A stretch of 64,000 bases of DNA from Blastocystis sp. Blastoise (Eukaryota; Protista; Bigyra: Opalinata), in assembly GCA_039096225.1 (NCBI GenBank), contig JBBPEB010000021.1, positions 124,001-188,000 of the forward strand, in the 5' to 3' direction. The notes below the pieces were generated by a model, which had not been told where the DNA came from, made no database searches, and saw only the letters and a list, made by a program, of their open reading frames with translations. This document shows positions 27,531 through 41,761 of the stretch, in pieces (the stretch's first letter is position 1; each line of letters begins with the position of its first letter). Position numbers and translations under genes: made by a program.

Positions 27531-29351
27531 ATGTTTGGCTCTGAAAATTTGCCAAATGACGATAAATGTATTTAAATTTAATTAGGAAATATTTATTTTT
27601 TTCTAGATTTATTTACGTTTCAGGATGAAAGTCAAATATGGATTTCTAAAGATTTTATTAAAAAGTATCCTCAACTACCATTCTATGATATCATCATACA
27701 CTCTGAGAAATATGAGGATGGTAGCTATTACATAGATATACCTTTTTATCCTATGAATAAAGTAATTCAATATTTGATGGACCAAAACATGGATATTTTT
27801 TCATTAAATCTACGAGATAGTTATGATATATATAAAATACTTATTGAATACTCAGTTATGATAGATAGCGTAATTCAAAGTGATTTATTATTTCATGTTA
27901 AGGTACTATTCTATAACTATTTGAAAGACAATTATTATTATGTATATATAATTTGTTATGAGCACTTTAGACAATGTATGCCTATAGAATTATTCAGTTT
28001 AGAAAAGAAAAAAATACATGTGACTAGTATCTATATATATATATTTATAATATACATATATATAGGATTTATTACACCTCAACGAAAAGATGAATTATTC
28101 TATTATTCTCTTCTTTTTAAAATGATGAATATTACTCAAGTTAGTTTTGAATGTATATATATTATATTATAATATAGATAATAATATATATAGACAAATA
28201 CTCGTCGAATATTCCATTAGAATATATATGTCCATCGTGTATTAAAGATATATTCCCTTCATTAAAAGAAGTAAAGATAACTGGTATATATATTATATAG
28301 AATTATTATATATATATATATAGTAAATACACAATATGAGGTTGCTGGACTATTATTCGATCCATTTAGTAATGAATATAAAGTCAAACATACTCGCTTA
28401 TTATATGATAATGAATATACATATATACGTAAAAGAAGTAAATATTACAACGAATCCGATATGAATGAATATAATAATATTTCTTCTTCAGATCTTAATA
28501 ATTTACATGTTTCTAAGGAATTGACTGATTCCTATAGTGAAAAAATAGAAAACAGTGAATTTCATAAATTATATATAAATTTAGTTAATGAATCTATGAA
28601 TACAAAAAAATATTTAAATGTAGAAACGTGTGAAACAGATGATAAATATGGATTAAACGATGAAATCAGTATTAAATATGATGGTATATATATATTAATA
28701 TAATATTATTTAATTTAAATTATTATATGTAGATAAAACAAATGATGAAATATTTTGGTATATAATTATATCCTTTTCTATTATGCATTTATACATATAT
28801 ATTAAATAGTATTGATAAGGTATATTCTAAACATGTTATTTCTCAATTATTATGTCTTCCTTCCTATTTGTCTATATCAAAAATCATTTTAAATGAAAGT
28901 AAATAAATGTATTTAATAAATATAATAATTTATTTTAGATTTTATTTCTCAAAGTGATTCTAAGATTTTTATGAAATTATTTGAAGAAGGTGTTTTTGAT
29001 TCTTTAACTACATTAAGTGTTAAATCGAGTATTATTTTTTATAGTTATTATTATTATTATCAATATGATAATTCTATATAGTTAAAGAATTGGCTAATGA
29101 AATTGATGATAATCTGTATATAAAAATAATGACAACTCATGTATTTCCTAATGTTACTGAACTTATATATGATTATGAAGATGATGAAGATGATAGTGAT
29201 GACAATTATGATGAAAAAGATGATGATGATGATGATGATGATAATGATGATGATGATGATGATGATAATGATGATGATGATGATGATGATGATGATAATG
29301 ATGATGATGATGATGATAATGATAATGATGATGATGATGATGATAATAGTA

Positions 29352-29442
<91 letters not shown>

Positions 29443-31452
29443 ATTATTATCATCTACAGAACATTTCAAATTGTCTTTAATAAACAAAGAATGCTTCCAA
29501 AAGTTACATATTATCAGTTATGAAATTGAAATAAGTAAATATATATATTAATAAATAAACTATTATTCTTAATGTAGTTACTGACAATTTGGATTCTCTA
29601 TTTCCAGTTAATTTAATGTCTATAATTGATACTATACGTATAAATGGAATTGATTATGATGTGAAAGATGAAATATGTCTCTATTTAGATAATCTAGCTT
29701 ATACTTCTTCAATTCACATTGATATAATTTTTGGCCATATGTGTAATATATATATAAATGAAAAATTATAATACTATCTATACAATTAATTCTATTTATT
29801 TACTTTCTATATAGATGATTGGATAGAATCGTTTCCTCATTTAAAAGAATTATTAGAGAAAAATCTTATTACATGTAACGAGCTTTATTGTATATAATAT
29901 TTTCATGTTCATTTTTATATATTATATTATAAATTTGATATTATATATATCCTATTCTATAAAGCTTATAATTCTCTTGATGAAAATATCAAAATATTCG
30001 ATTCTATTGAAAATTTTAAGCAAAATATTGATAGTATAAATATAAGACTTAAATGTATTTATTAATATATATTATAGATATATATATATATTGTGATCTA
30101 TAATATTAATAATAATATTTATTCATTTTTAGTTTATGAAAATGACTTATATAAAAGAAATGCATTAGAAAGATTCTTAAAGAGTAATGCATTAGAATAT
30201 TTGAATAAGTTAGATGTTTTGTGTATATTCTTGATTTTTATAAATATTTAATAAGCTTTATATACTATTTATAGTTGATAAGAATATAAGTATGGAATGT
30301 TTAACATGGATATCAACTCTATTTAATGATAATAAGTTTAATGCTCTTCATAAATTAGATATTGATTGTATATTATATTGTAACATATATATGAATATAT
30401 ATATATAGTAGAGTCTATAATAAAAGACTCATTATCCTCTGAATATTTAACTGCATATGAAAATATATTAGAGAAATTAATTCCTAAGGCTTCTATTGTT
30501 AATATAGAAAGTAATTATTTATATATTCATTTTTTGTAAAAATTGTTTATTTAATTAATTTTTATTGCTATTATTCTAGATTGTACTATGACTTTTATAA
30601 ATCGATTAATTCCTACAGGGTGTTTCCATAAAACAACTCAATTAATTCTAGGTATATATATTAAATGATATAATGTTTACCTATAATATATTACATTTCA
30701 TCCTTATCTTTTTATGAATATTTATTTAGAAATTAATGATATACCAGATGATACTTTTTGTAAACTATATATTACTGATAATTTCTCTCAATTAAAATAT
30801 ATCAAGATTTGTATATATTTTAATAATAATGTTTTTCTTTATTATGAATCATATATATTTATATATACATATTTCTTTATATAATAATTATTTTAATTAA
30901 ATAATACATGTATATATAGATCAATATCGCAATAGAGAATGGTGGCTAGATTTTATTAAAATATTATGCAACAATATAAATAATAATAACTTTCCATCCT
31001 CAAGTATTGTCCGATTAGGTCAATCCAAATATGATTATTGCTATGATTATGTTTATGACCCAAATACTTCTATTTTTCGATATAAATATGTTACTAATTC
31101 ATTTATGAATACAATTATTGGTACAAAAAATAAAACGATGAATAAATTTGAGATTGAAACGTTATTTGATTGTATAAAAGAAAATAAAACTCAAAACATA
31201 AGAAGCTTAACATTATGTATTTATATAAATCATTTATATATATTCATTCTTATAGATATTTTTGATGAGGAACAATTATCAAAACTTATCAATTTTATTA
31301 CTACTGGAGAATTTCCAAAATTGAAAGAGTTCTTGTTTGTTATGTATTATGATATTTCAGATGAAAAAATTACTATATATAAACAACAATTGAATGATTC
31401 CACATTTATTCAAGAAAATCATGTTAATTATGAATTATACAAAGATCTTTAA
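27531..31452 (+). CDS. BTB/T1-like domain + LRR-like solenoid protein with a poly-Asp insert (about 20 exons)
   Basis: YLFTFQDESQIWISKDFIKKYPQLPFYDII...SYYIDIPFYPMNKVIQYL is BTB-like. Repeated FPSLKEVKI, FPNVTELIY, FQKLHII and FPKLKEFLF units. Open frame across 19 GT-AG introns. Confidence 0.75.
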
Positions 31453-32996
31453 ATTCTTTTATATATATGATTCTTATTGCTAACACTATTTTTATTAGTA
31501 TAATTTTTTTTTTAATTTATTAACGTTTCTATGAATTATATAAATGACTTTTTAAATATATTTCTTGTTTTATTGGAAAATGAGAAAACAGTTGTGATTC
31601 AATAAAATATGCATTTTAGTAGCATATATATATATAATAGAATAATATTTAGTGTTTATTATGAGTTTTATATTCTTTTATTCACAGAGTTTCAACTAAT
31701 AATAATTATGCAGAATAACAATGATAAGAATGATACTCATAAGTATATCTAAAAACTATTAGAGTTGTTTATAAAAGAAAAGAGGGATTGCTAATGACTT
31801 TCTTGATAAATATCTTTATTAATATATTAAGAATTAATGAATTTTTTTATAATTTACAATTTTTATTACTTTTTATATATTAAAAAAATAGTTTTTCAGC
31901 AAGTGTTATAAAATAATGAATACATTTATTATTTGTATAATTTACCGAAATATATTTTCCATATTCAATATATGTAATTGTTTATTATGAAGTATTAATT
32001 GTTTTATAATTGGAAAGAAATAATAGTGAATCTATTCTTAATTCCATTAATATATATATATGAGGAAGAAGTATGTTTAATTAATCAAAATATAATTAGA
32101 CAAATGAAATAATTGATTTAATTTTTATTACAATAATTATATATTAAATAAATTTTAAAACACAGATGTTGTTTAGAAATTATAGACCAATTATAGGTAA
32201 ATATAAAATTATATCAATTATTCATATATCTATTTATAAATATAAAAGCGACACATATAAACAATATATATACATATTATTCATAATAGCTTATTGAATA
32301 AAATATCAAAAATAATTGTTATTCATGATATATATAATAAATTATTATTTATAATAGTTATTATGATTTCAATATCTTAAATAAATTATTGTGTAAAAAA
32401 AAAGAAAAGAATAACACAGTGTCAAATAAAAATGGAAGAAGAAGAAGAAGAAGGAAATAGAAAACGAACGAGAAAATGAGATTGTTGCGTAAATAGACTA
32501 TAGAAGAGATATATTATATACAAATAATAAAAAATAAATAATAATATAATAAATTCTGTCAGAAATCAGTAATGATTACAAGAAAAACATAATAACCATA
32601 TATTTAGACTAGTGGTAATTATCAAATAGAAATTTTTGAATATTATATAAATATATATAGAATATATACCATAAAATAAAAAGATAATTGACACAAATGT
32701 GAATCAAGAAAGAGATATGAAATAGTTAAATATAATACTTTATTATTTGAACAATATATATTTATAATCAATATTCAATTAACTTTTTAGAGTAATCAAT
32801 AAAGTGAAGATCCATAATAAGTTATCCATTTTTGGAAATTCTTGTAATATATTTGTAAATTATATTTATTAGTAATTATTTAAAGCAATAATAATCATTA
32901 TATATAAACAATAAGTGAATTATAAATCATTTCTTTTTAAATAATAAAAAAAACAGGGGAAAGATTCATTTTTATTGAATTAGCATTATTTCATTA

Positions 32997-34537
32997 ATGG
33001 TGAAAGAAAGAGTGTTATTTGATATTGATAAATTCAATAGATTGAAGGAGGATATCAATATATATGAAGAATTGATGAAAGATGTCATGAATGTTTTCTC
33101 ATCTGTAATGAATCTTGGTATACATTCTGGAATTTCGATTAATAGACTTATAAAACATATTGGAGATGATTGTATTGAAAAAGAAGGTGAAAGAAATGAA
33201 TTTGAAAAGAAATCTGTTTGTGAAAAGAATAATTATGAAAATATGAATATGGACATTGATGCTAATGATGATAATGATATGGATTTCATACGATTTACCA
33301 ATAATGGTCCTATATTTCAAATATCAAAATCTGTTTTAGATACGTTGAAAGGTTCTTTTATTGATGATCAACGTGGTGAAGAATATAGAACAAATGATGG
33401 ATCTGTATATCTTGATTATCCTGGAAATGATGCTTTTATTTATTATTTATTAGATTATTTGAATGGAAAGAAAGTAAATTTTGATTCTTTTTCTTATGAA
33501 GAACAATTAGAATTATTGAATTTATTTGAATTTTGTGGATTAGTGATTCCTATAGAATTATTAAATTGTAGAGAAAGAAGAAATAAAAAGAAGAAGAAAT
33601 ATGAAGAAGGAGATGAAGTAAAATTGATTATTAATGGCAATAAGAATGATACTATTAAAGAATATTTGATAAAGAATGGATTATGGAATGAATATATTAA
33701 GAATTATGATAATGGATTTATTGATTATTATCATCTAGATAATAGTTTATATGTTAAGAAACAATACAAATATATTGAATATATTAATGAATACATTAAT
33801 AATGGAACTATAGATATAGAATTTGATAAGATTATAAATATTAATAAAGAATTATTAGAAAAAGAAATGGTTGAATTATTTGGTGATATAGGAAGAGAAG
33901 AAGCGAAAGAAGCAATGATGGGAAAACTGACTGTATTTGCGGATTCAATGATAATTAAAGAGAAATATTTTGAAACCCCATTAGTGAATTGGCTTGGTAA
34001 AGAAAAGAAAAGGAAATTATTATTTAGAGCAAGTGAACATAAATATAAAGCAAGTGAATTTCATAAATATTGCAATAATAAAGGAGAAACAGTAACTATA
34101 ATCAAACATATAGGTAAAAATAATCATATTAATATATTTGGAGGATATACAAATCAAGATTGGGCTGGTTCAGGTAAATATATATTATTCATATAATTAG
34201 TATTCATTATATATATATAGAATGGAAATCTTATTCTAAAGAATTTCTATTTACTTTAAGTAATGAACATGGTATTCCTCCTACTCAATATGCTTATACA
34301 AATAGTGATAGAAGTGCAGGTATAGGTTGTGATTCTTCTTATGGTCCAACATTTGGAGGTGGTTGTGATATCACTATATCTGATGATTGTCATGATAATA
34401 CTAATTCTTATTGTTCTTCATCTTCTTATGCTACAATAAATACTCCTCAAAAATCATCCTTATTTGTGAATACGAATGAAGTTCATTGTAGAAATAATTT
34501 TAGCATAGAAGATTATGAAGTCTGGGGAAGAGCATAA
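32997..34537 (+). CDS. BTB-like (possibly two) + TLDc domain protein (2 exons)
   Basis: FIRFTNNGPIFQISKSVL...YLDYPG...YLLDYLNG is BTB-like. TLDc motifs: LLFRASEHKYKASEFHKYC, IFGGYT, FLFTL, GPTFGGG, EDYEVW. Stop at 34535-34537. Confidence 0.88.
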
Positions 34538-36176
34538 GAAAAATTATTAAATATTTATTATTATTCTTTACATTATACATCATTATTATATATTATCAAT
34601 TATCAACTCATTAGATTATTATAATTATATAATTTTTTAGAATTATAAACTAATATACAACATAGATATTTATAATATATTTTTTTATGTCTACTGTTAT
34701 TCACTTTTGTATTATGTATATATTATTTTATACTCTTTTCTATTAACTATTGTATGTGTTTTATACTTTTAAACCAATCCAGTTTCAAATAGTATGATTT
34801 TACTATACAAATAATATATATATTAAATTATATCATCAAAATAATACTATTTAAACAAACAATAAATTGATAATAATCAATAAAATACAAAATAAGAAAT
34901 ACATGTATATATAAACAGGAAATAATTGTATCAGAGTTTTCGAGTCGGTTCTATCACACTAACTATGATAATATATTATTATCGATCTCCATTAAACTTA
35001 GAGTGAAAAATTCATAATACAAAACATTTTAGTTTTAGTAATAAATATTTTGTCATAGATTTAGAAGAGATTGTTATATAATCACTCTGTGTATTACTGT
35101 GTTAAGATATTCAATTTATCACATTAAAAAGAACGATTCAAAAAAGGATCCTAAAATGTATATAAAAAAATTTATATAACTATAAAAAATTGTGATTCTT
35201 TAAAGATATAGGTGTAATAGTTCAATATATATATAAAAATGGACATATATATAAACAAGAATATTTATTCATTTCATAATCTTTGTAGAGTTATAAAAAG
35301 ATAATTACAGTAAAATTGATAAAACATATATATTTGTAGATAATAATGAATTATTTATATTAATAATATTGATAGTATCATATATATATAAATTCATAAG
35401 AATAATAGAGTATAATTCATAATTTGAATGAATATAGTTATTTTTTTAACAAGATATGTTCTTTATTTTTTATATTTATGCATATATTATAATCACATAG
35501 AATTAGAAGCAACACAATTTTAATATATTTATATCTATTGGAATGACGTTATTAATTTGTTAAAAATAAAAACAATTCTTAATACATTATTGAGTACTCA
35601 TTCAATTTTTTCTTAGCAACTATTATTATTATGAAATGAAGAACTTTTAGAGTATTAGAGTTCTTCTTATATTAGCATATAACCATAAACATTGAAAACT
35701 ACATTATATTTAAATATATATTTGACCACAAATACCATCAAATTCTGTTAATGCAAATATCATATGTTTTTCAATTAATCATGCATTGAATTAGATTCAT
35801 AGTACTTAAAATCCATCATAAAAGTACTTTATATAAAAGAGATATTCATTTCTTCATATGAAACGCACATAACAAAAACAGTTTTATCAATTTTATGAAA
35901 TATGCAGATAGTTGTCAATAATTGATAGCTAGCAAACCTAATTTATGCAAGCATAGCAATTATTTATCCATTGATCAACGTCACAATGGATAATGTTGCC
36001 ATCAAATGAATCAGGAAAGTATTTCTGCATTAATCTCCATCTTTTATTTCATTTATGCAATGTTATATATTAAAATGATAAATGGATGACGAACGATAAA
36101 GAAAAATAATCATTGAAAAATAATCCTGGGAAATTATTTTTCTCATAATTTTTAACCTTGAATAACACCAATCAAA

Positions 36177-37618
36177 ATGAGTTCAAAGTATCCAGAAATA
36201 TATGCAATATGGGATTTAGATGGTACGCTACTAGATACAGAAGGAATATCAACAACTGTTATGGAGATTGTGCTTGAGAAGATCATTCCGGGTCAATCTA
36301 AGATATCTACTGATCTCCGTAAAACCTTTTATGGATTACCTACCTATGAATGGGTTCGTTTATTATTAAAAGGAATGAATTGTGAGCATCTTATAAGTGT
36401 AGAAGATTATGCTGAACAATATGAAGAGTTGATGCTTCAAATGTCTTTAGATTCTCCATATATGCCTGGAGCACTTCGTATAACTGAATTTCTACGTAAG
36501 AATGGAGTCAAACAAGCTGTAGCTACATCGTCGAGAAGAGATTTGTTGAATGGAAAAGCTTCTCATCATCCTGTATATAGTTTTTTTTAGTGTTTTTATT
36601 ATTTTTTTATTGTGTTTATATTTGTTGAATATGCTATGATTTTTATTTTATTTTCATGCATTGTAAAGTATAATTTGTGTTAATATAGAATTCTTAAACT
36701 ATAAAATATTTTTTTATATGTTTATATTCATAAATAGGAATTATTTGAAAAATTTGAAGTACTTGTCTCTACGAGTGATGAAGGTGTTGTTCATGGTATA
36801 TATATATGTTTATATATTTTTGTTTTTTGAATAGTTGTATTTTGTTTTGTTTATTAAATAAATTTTTTTGTTTTTTTTTTAATTATTTTATGAATATATT
36901 ATTTAAATTTATTTTATTTTAATATATATATAGGTAAACCTGCTCCTGATATCTTCTTAAAAGCTGCTGAATTACTTTCAGCTCCTCCTAATCAATGTAT
37001 AGTCTTTGAAGATTCAGTCAGTGGAATGCAAGCAGGTCTTTCTGCTGGTATATATATATCATTATTACATTTATATTTATTATATATATATTTATTATAT
37101 TTATTTATTATTATATTATGTTTATTTATTATTATATTTATTATATTTAAAATTATATATATATATAGGTATGAGAGTAATAGCTATACCAGGAAATGAT
37201 ATAGATATTTCAAATCTTCATGGACTAACTCAAATACATATATAATATTAATTCTATTACTCTATAAATAATTATATATACATTCTATTACTCTATATAT
37301 ATAATATTAATTCTATTACTCTATATAAATAATTATATCTATTCTATTACTCTATAAATAATTATATGTATATTCTATTACTCTATATAAATAATATTAA
37401 TTCTATTACTCTATAAATAATTATATGTATATTCTATTACTCTATAAATAATTATATGTATATTCTATTACTCTATATAAATAATTATATATATATTCTA
37501 TTACTCTATATAAATAACTATATATATATATTATTACTCTATATAACTATATATATAGATACTTCCTTCTCTTAATGAATTTGATGCTACTATGTTTGGA
37601 TTACCACAAGTTGATTAG
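36177..37618 (+). CDS. PUDP: HAD-superfamily phosphatase, pseudouridine-5'-phosphatase (HDHD1/GS1-like)
   Basis: Motifs [42 protein letters not shown] and the C-terminal [13 protein letters not shown]. The last intron needs a non-GT donor (see findings). Confidence 0.85.
37245..37550 (+). repeat. ~30-bp minisatellite in the last PUDP intron
   Basis: About 10 copies of ATTCTATTACTCTATA(TA)AATAATTATAT(N). Confidence 0.9.
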
Positions 37619-38019
37619 CAATTCTATTCTCCTTCTTTTATCTAATTTTTTTTATTATCTTTTATTTATATGTTTTTGAAGTTTTAATTTGATTGGTAAA
37701 ACTTTTAAAATTATAAAAAAAAGATTAATCAATATATATAATTTTGTTGTGTTTGCTGTTTTGTGACTTTTTTATACACTATTATTAAAGAATTATTTGC
37801 TAAAAGTATAGTCTAAATCATTATATACAACATTATTGTAATAAATATATATATATTATTTTACAATGCAATTTGTTTTCTATTGGTTATATATAACATC
37901 TTTGTTTATTATAGTACATGATAGAAACTTTAAAAAAAAAAGTTTTAAGTAAAAAATTAGAAAACTAGTTCTTTGATCAATAACAAAAAATAGTTTAAAT
38001 ATATATAAAAAAGAGTTAT

Positions 38020-39339
38020 TTAGAAAGGTTCAGGATCATTTTCAATAATATTATAAAATATATACATTCCATTTGAATCTTGAACACCAATTTCTGTTTC
38101 ACATTCTTCACAATATACGGGATGAAAATAAAAATAATCATTATTATAATCATTATTAATATTATTATTATTTATAGAATTTATAGATGGATCTTTCCAG
38201 TTATTCCTAGTAGATGATTTTGGTACTATACATATGAATATTAATTAAGGAATATATACATAATAATATAAATACTATATATAATATAAATAGGACATAT
38301 ATATAATAAAATTTTAAAAATATAAGTATTCATAAATCAATGAATTAAAATAAATAAAAATACTAAGTAAAAAAATAATAAATATAAGACTTTTAATAAA
38401 TTTATTATAAACTTCATATTTACCTTGTTTATATTGTCCATTTTGATATGTTAGATTTTGATATATATCAACACGAGTATGAAATGCTATTACAGAACGA
38501 AATTGTGAAACATATTTTTCATGTCTACATATATATTTAAAGAATGATTAAATTATTTAAATAAAATGAATTAAAAAAAAATATATATTATTTTAATAAA
38601 TTAAATGAATAATATTTTAATAAATAAAATGAATAATATTTTAATACATAAAATCAATACCTTTGACATTCATAACAAATTATTTGAAAGCATCCTGGAC
38701 AAGATAATGTTGCATCAGATTTAAATTTACCTTTTGAAATTACTATATATTTAAAATTATAGAAAATCAAACACATATAAAGTAACTAAAATAATAAATA
38801 ATAAATAATAAAAAAAAATTAAAAAAAACTAGCTATACATACTTCTGTTCTTTTTAATCCATTCTGTATTTTTATCATCTATTTTATCATCATAAAAATC
38901 ATCTTTTTTCATATTAAGTTTCAATTCATCTATAAAAAATATCTAAATGGAATCAAAATAAAGCAAAAAACGTACTACATTCCTGTTTTTCTTTATCTGT
39001 CATATCTATATCATTATTCAAAGCAGAGGAATCATCGGATTCATCAGATTCATCTTCTGATGATCCACTTATTTCAGAGTCTGAATCACTCAAATATTCA
39101 TTTTCTTCATTTATACCTTCCAGTGAATCATCTAATGGTGTTTCAGGTTCTTCAATTTCTTCTGTATTTGGTGTAATTTCTTCATTCATAACCTCTTCAT
39201 CTGAAGATTCACATTGAATAGCAAAATCTAACTGATCTATATCATAATAGAACTGATTGCGTTCTTGTTCATCATATCCAGTTGTATCAATCATATTATC
39301 TTCAATTGAAGAATCTGAAAATTCTTGTTCTGCATCCAT
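38020..39339 (-). CDS. EAPP: E2F-associated phosphoprotein (Eapp_C domain)
   Basis: Acidic N-terminus, then DDFYDDKIDDKNTEWI, SDATLSCPGCFQIICYECQRHEKYVSQFRS and FHPVYCEECETEIGV. Confidence 0.9.
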
Positions 39340-40173
39340 ATTCTTAAGAATTGCCTACTATTTATAAAAAAAATATATATATTTTTTTCTCTTCTATTTC
39401 TTGTTTTTTTTTTCAGTATATTTATTTTATTATAAATATAAATTATTTCAATTTAGTAATCAAATAGACTCGTTGCTATAAATAATGTTTATAAATATAA
39501 TTATTCACAGATGAACATAATTTAAAAAATGACTTTTTTATATGAATGATTATAATAGTAGATGTTTATATATTAAAAAGACTATATTTATAATTCAGCA
39601 GCATCAATACTATATGTTCAGTGTCAGAAATACCTATAAAAGTTAAAAAAGAAACGAATTAAAAAAATATATAACAGAAAAACAGTATGTGTGTTGATTG
39701 TTAACTTTTTTAGAATTGAATATATTGAGCTTTTTGGCTTAAAATATATATGAGATTATCATAAATAGAACTCATTCAAATATTACAATAAATTTTTGGT
39801 ATATCATTTTCATACATTATAAATCTATAAGTAAAAATATTCCAGAAATATAGATACCAAAAATAAGATAAAAACATACATTATTCAACATTCACTCTCA
39901 TTTTAGAATCCTTTCTAGCTTATTTTTTATGACTAATAGCTTCACCATCATAAATTCACTTGAGATACAATATAATTTAGCATGAATAGCTTTTATTCGT
40001 TAAGTAAAAGAAATTCTTCTAACCACTGAATAAATGCTTAAAAGGACTGATTTTCTTAAATATCCGTATTTATGGGCAAAAAAATTGTGTATCGAAAAAA
40101 ACGAGTTCATTCAGCAAGAGCACTTTATTCTTGTTCTTTAATTAACTAAACAATAAATACATTATACAGAGTA

Positions 40174-41209
40174 ATGATGAATAAGACAGTGAAGGCTATT
40201 GTTTGTGTCTGTGGTGGATCTTCTGTTTCTGCTGAAGAATACAAGTTTGCTGAACAAGTCGGTGAAGCATTAGCGAAACGTAATTTTCAATGTGTATATT
40301 TTATTTATTAATATTCTTGTTTTCTTTTTAATTTTGTTCATTATAATATGTATATGCAACATATAGAGAACAGGTGGATATGGTGGTTGTATGGAGGCCT
40401 CTTTGAAAGGATGTCAACTGAATGGAGGTGTTTCTGAAGGAATTGTTGTTCCATCATTATATAAAGACCAAGAAAATCCATATATTACTAAAAGAACACA
40501 AGTCGATAATTTATTTCAGCAAGTAGAATACCTTGTGAATAAATCAGATGTTGTCGTTGTATTACCTGGTATGTTTATAATATATATTTGCAGAGTATCA
40601 TAAATTATAATTGATTTTTTTTTTACATATATTCAAGAAAATAGTATAGAATAGTATATTATATATTAAATATAATAAATATATATATAGGATGTTTAGG
40701 ATCATTTAATGAATTAATAGCTGTATTAACAAGTAATTATATAAATGGATTTAACGATAGACCAATTAAACCTGTTTTTGTATTTAAAAAACCATATTTT
40801 AATATATGGGAATGTATTTGTACTAATTTACATGTATATATTGATTTATTTATAGTTATTAATGTTGTAATTTTTATTTTATAGATTTTATTTTATTGAT
40901 TTTATAAGGTTTATTAGAATTATTATATTTTTTATATTTATTATATTTATTATTTTTTTTTATATTTATTATATTTATTATATTTATTATTATATTTATT
41001 ATATAAATTATATTTATTATATTTATTTATTTATTATTATTATCTTTATATTTTATTTATTATTATATAGGTTTCTGATAAAGTCAAGAATTACGTAACA
41101 TTTGTTGATTCTGTATATATATCTATATTCTTTCAACTCATTTTTTACCATCAATTATTCTTTATAGTTGGATGAATTATGTTCAAAACTTGATGAATAT
41201 TATCCTTAA
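40174..41209 (+). CDS. LOG-family (SLOG / 'lysine decarboxylase-like') Rossmann-fold nucleotide-binding protein
   Basis: Motifs VCVCGGS, AEQVGEALAKR, TGGYGGCMEASLKG, ENPYI, SDVVVVLPGCLGSFNEL (PGGxGTxxE variant) and KPVFV. Five exons. Confidence 0.85.
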
Positions 41210-41761
41210 ATAAAATTGAATATCATAAACTATAAAATCTTCTCTCAAAATATAGTTTTATTCTTGTCACGTAGATTTAATATTAAAAATCCTATATTTT
41301 GTTGTTTACTTTATTATTTCAAATGCATTATTTTATTGACTATTATTCAGAAAGTAAATATGGCATCCTAAAAGCATAATATTTGATAAAAACAAATAAA
41401 AACAAATTAAAATACAAATAAATATCAAATAATTTCACAACGCTTGTTAATAGATCTTTGTCATTCATTTTGAGTTTGTCATTTAAAAATAAGCCAATCA
41501 TCATTCTCAAAATACGAGAGAAATGACAACGAATAGACACAAAAGCACATATAATGACGCACTCTAACAAATCATCAAATAGCCAATCAAATTACGTTTT
41601 TAAGAAATGTCAACGAATGGATCATTTTGACAACTTTTTTAAGTGTTTCTCTTTCTTAAGATTGTCGAAACTTTATAGATCGTCATTTTCTATCTTCATT
41701 AAACAAATTAAAAAAATAATTCTCTTTTTTTCTATATATTTTTTTTATTTCTTTGTTAAAA

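Noticed and set aside
37245-37550. CRISPR-like array (also considered for the 61645-61730 repeat)
   Set aside because: Head-to-tail minisatellites without unique spacers, in a eukaryotic context with no cas genes.
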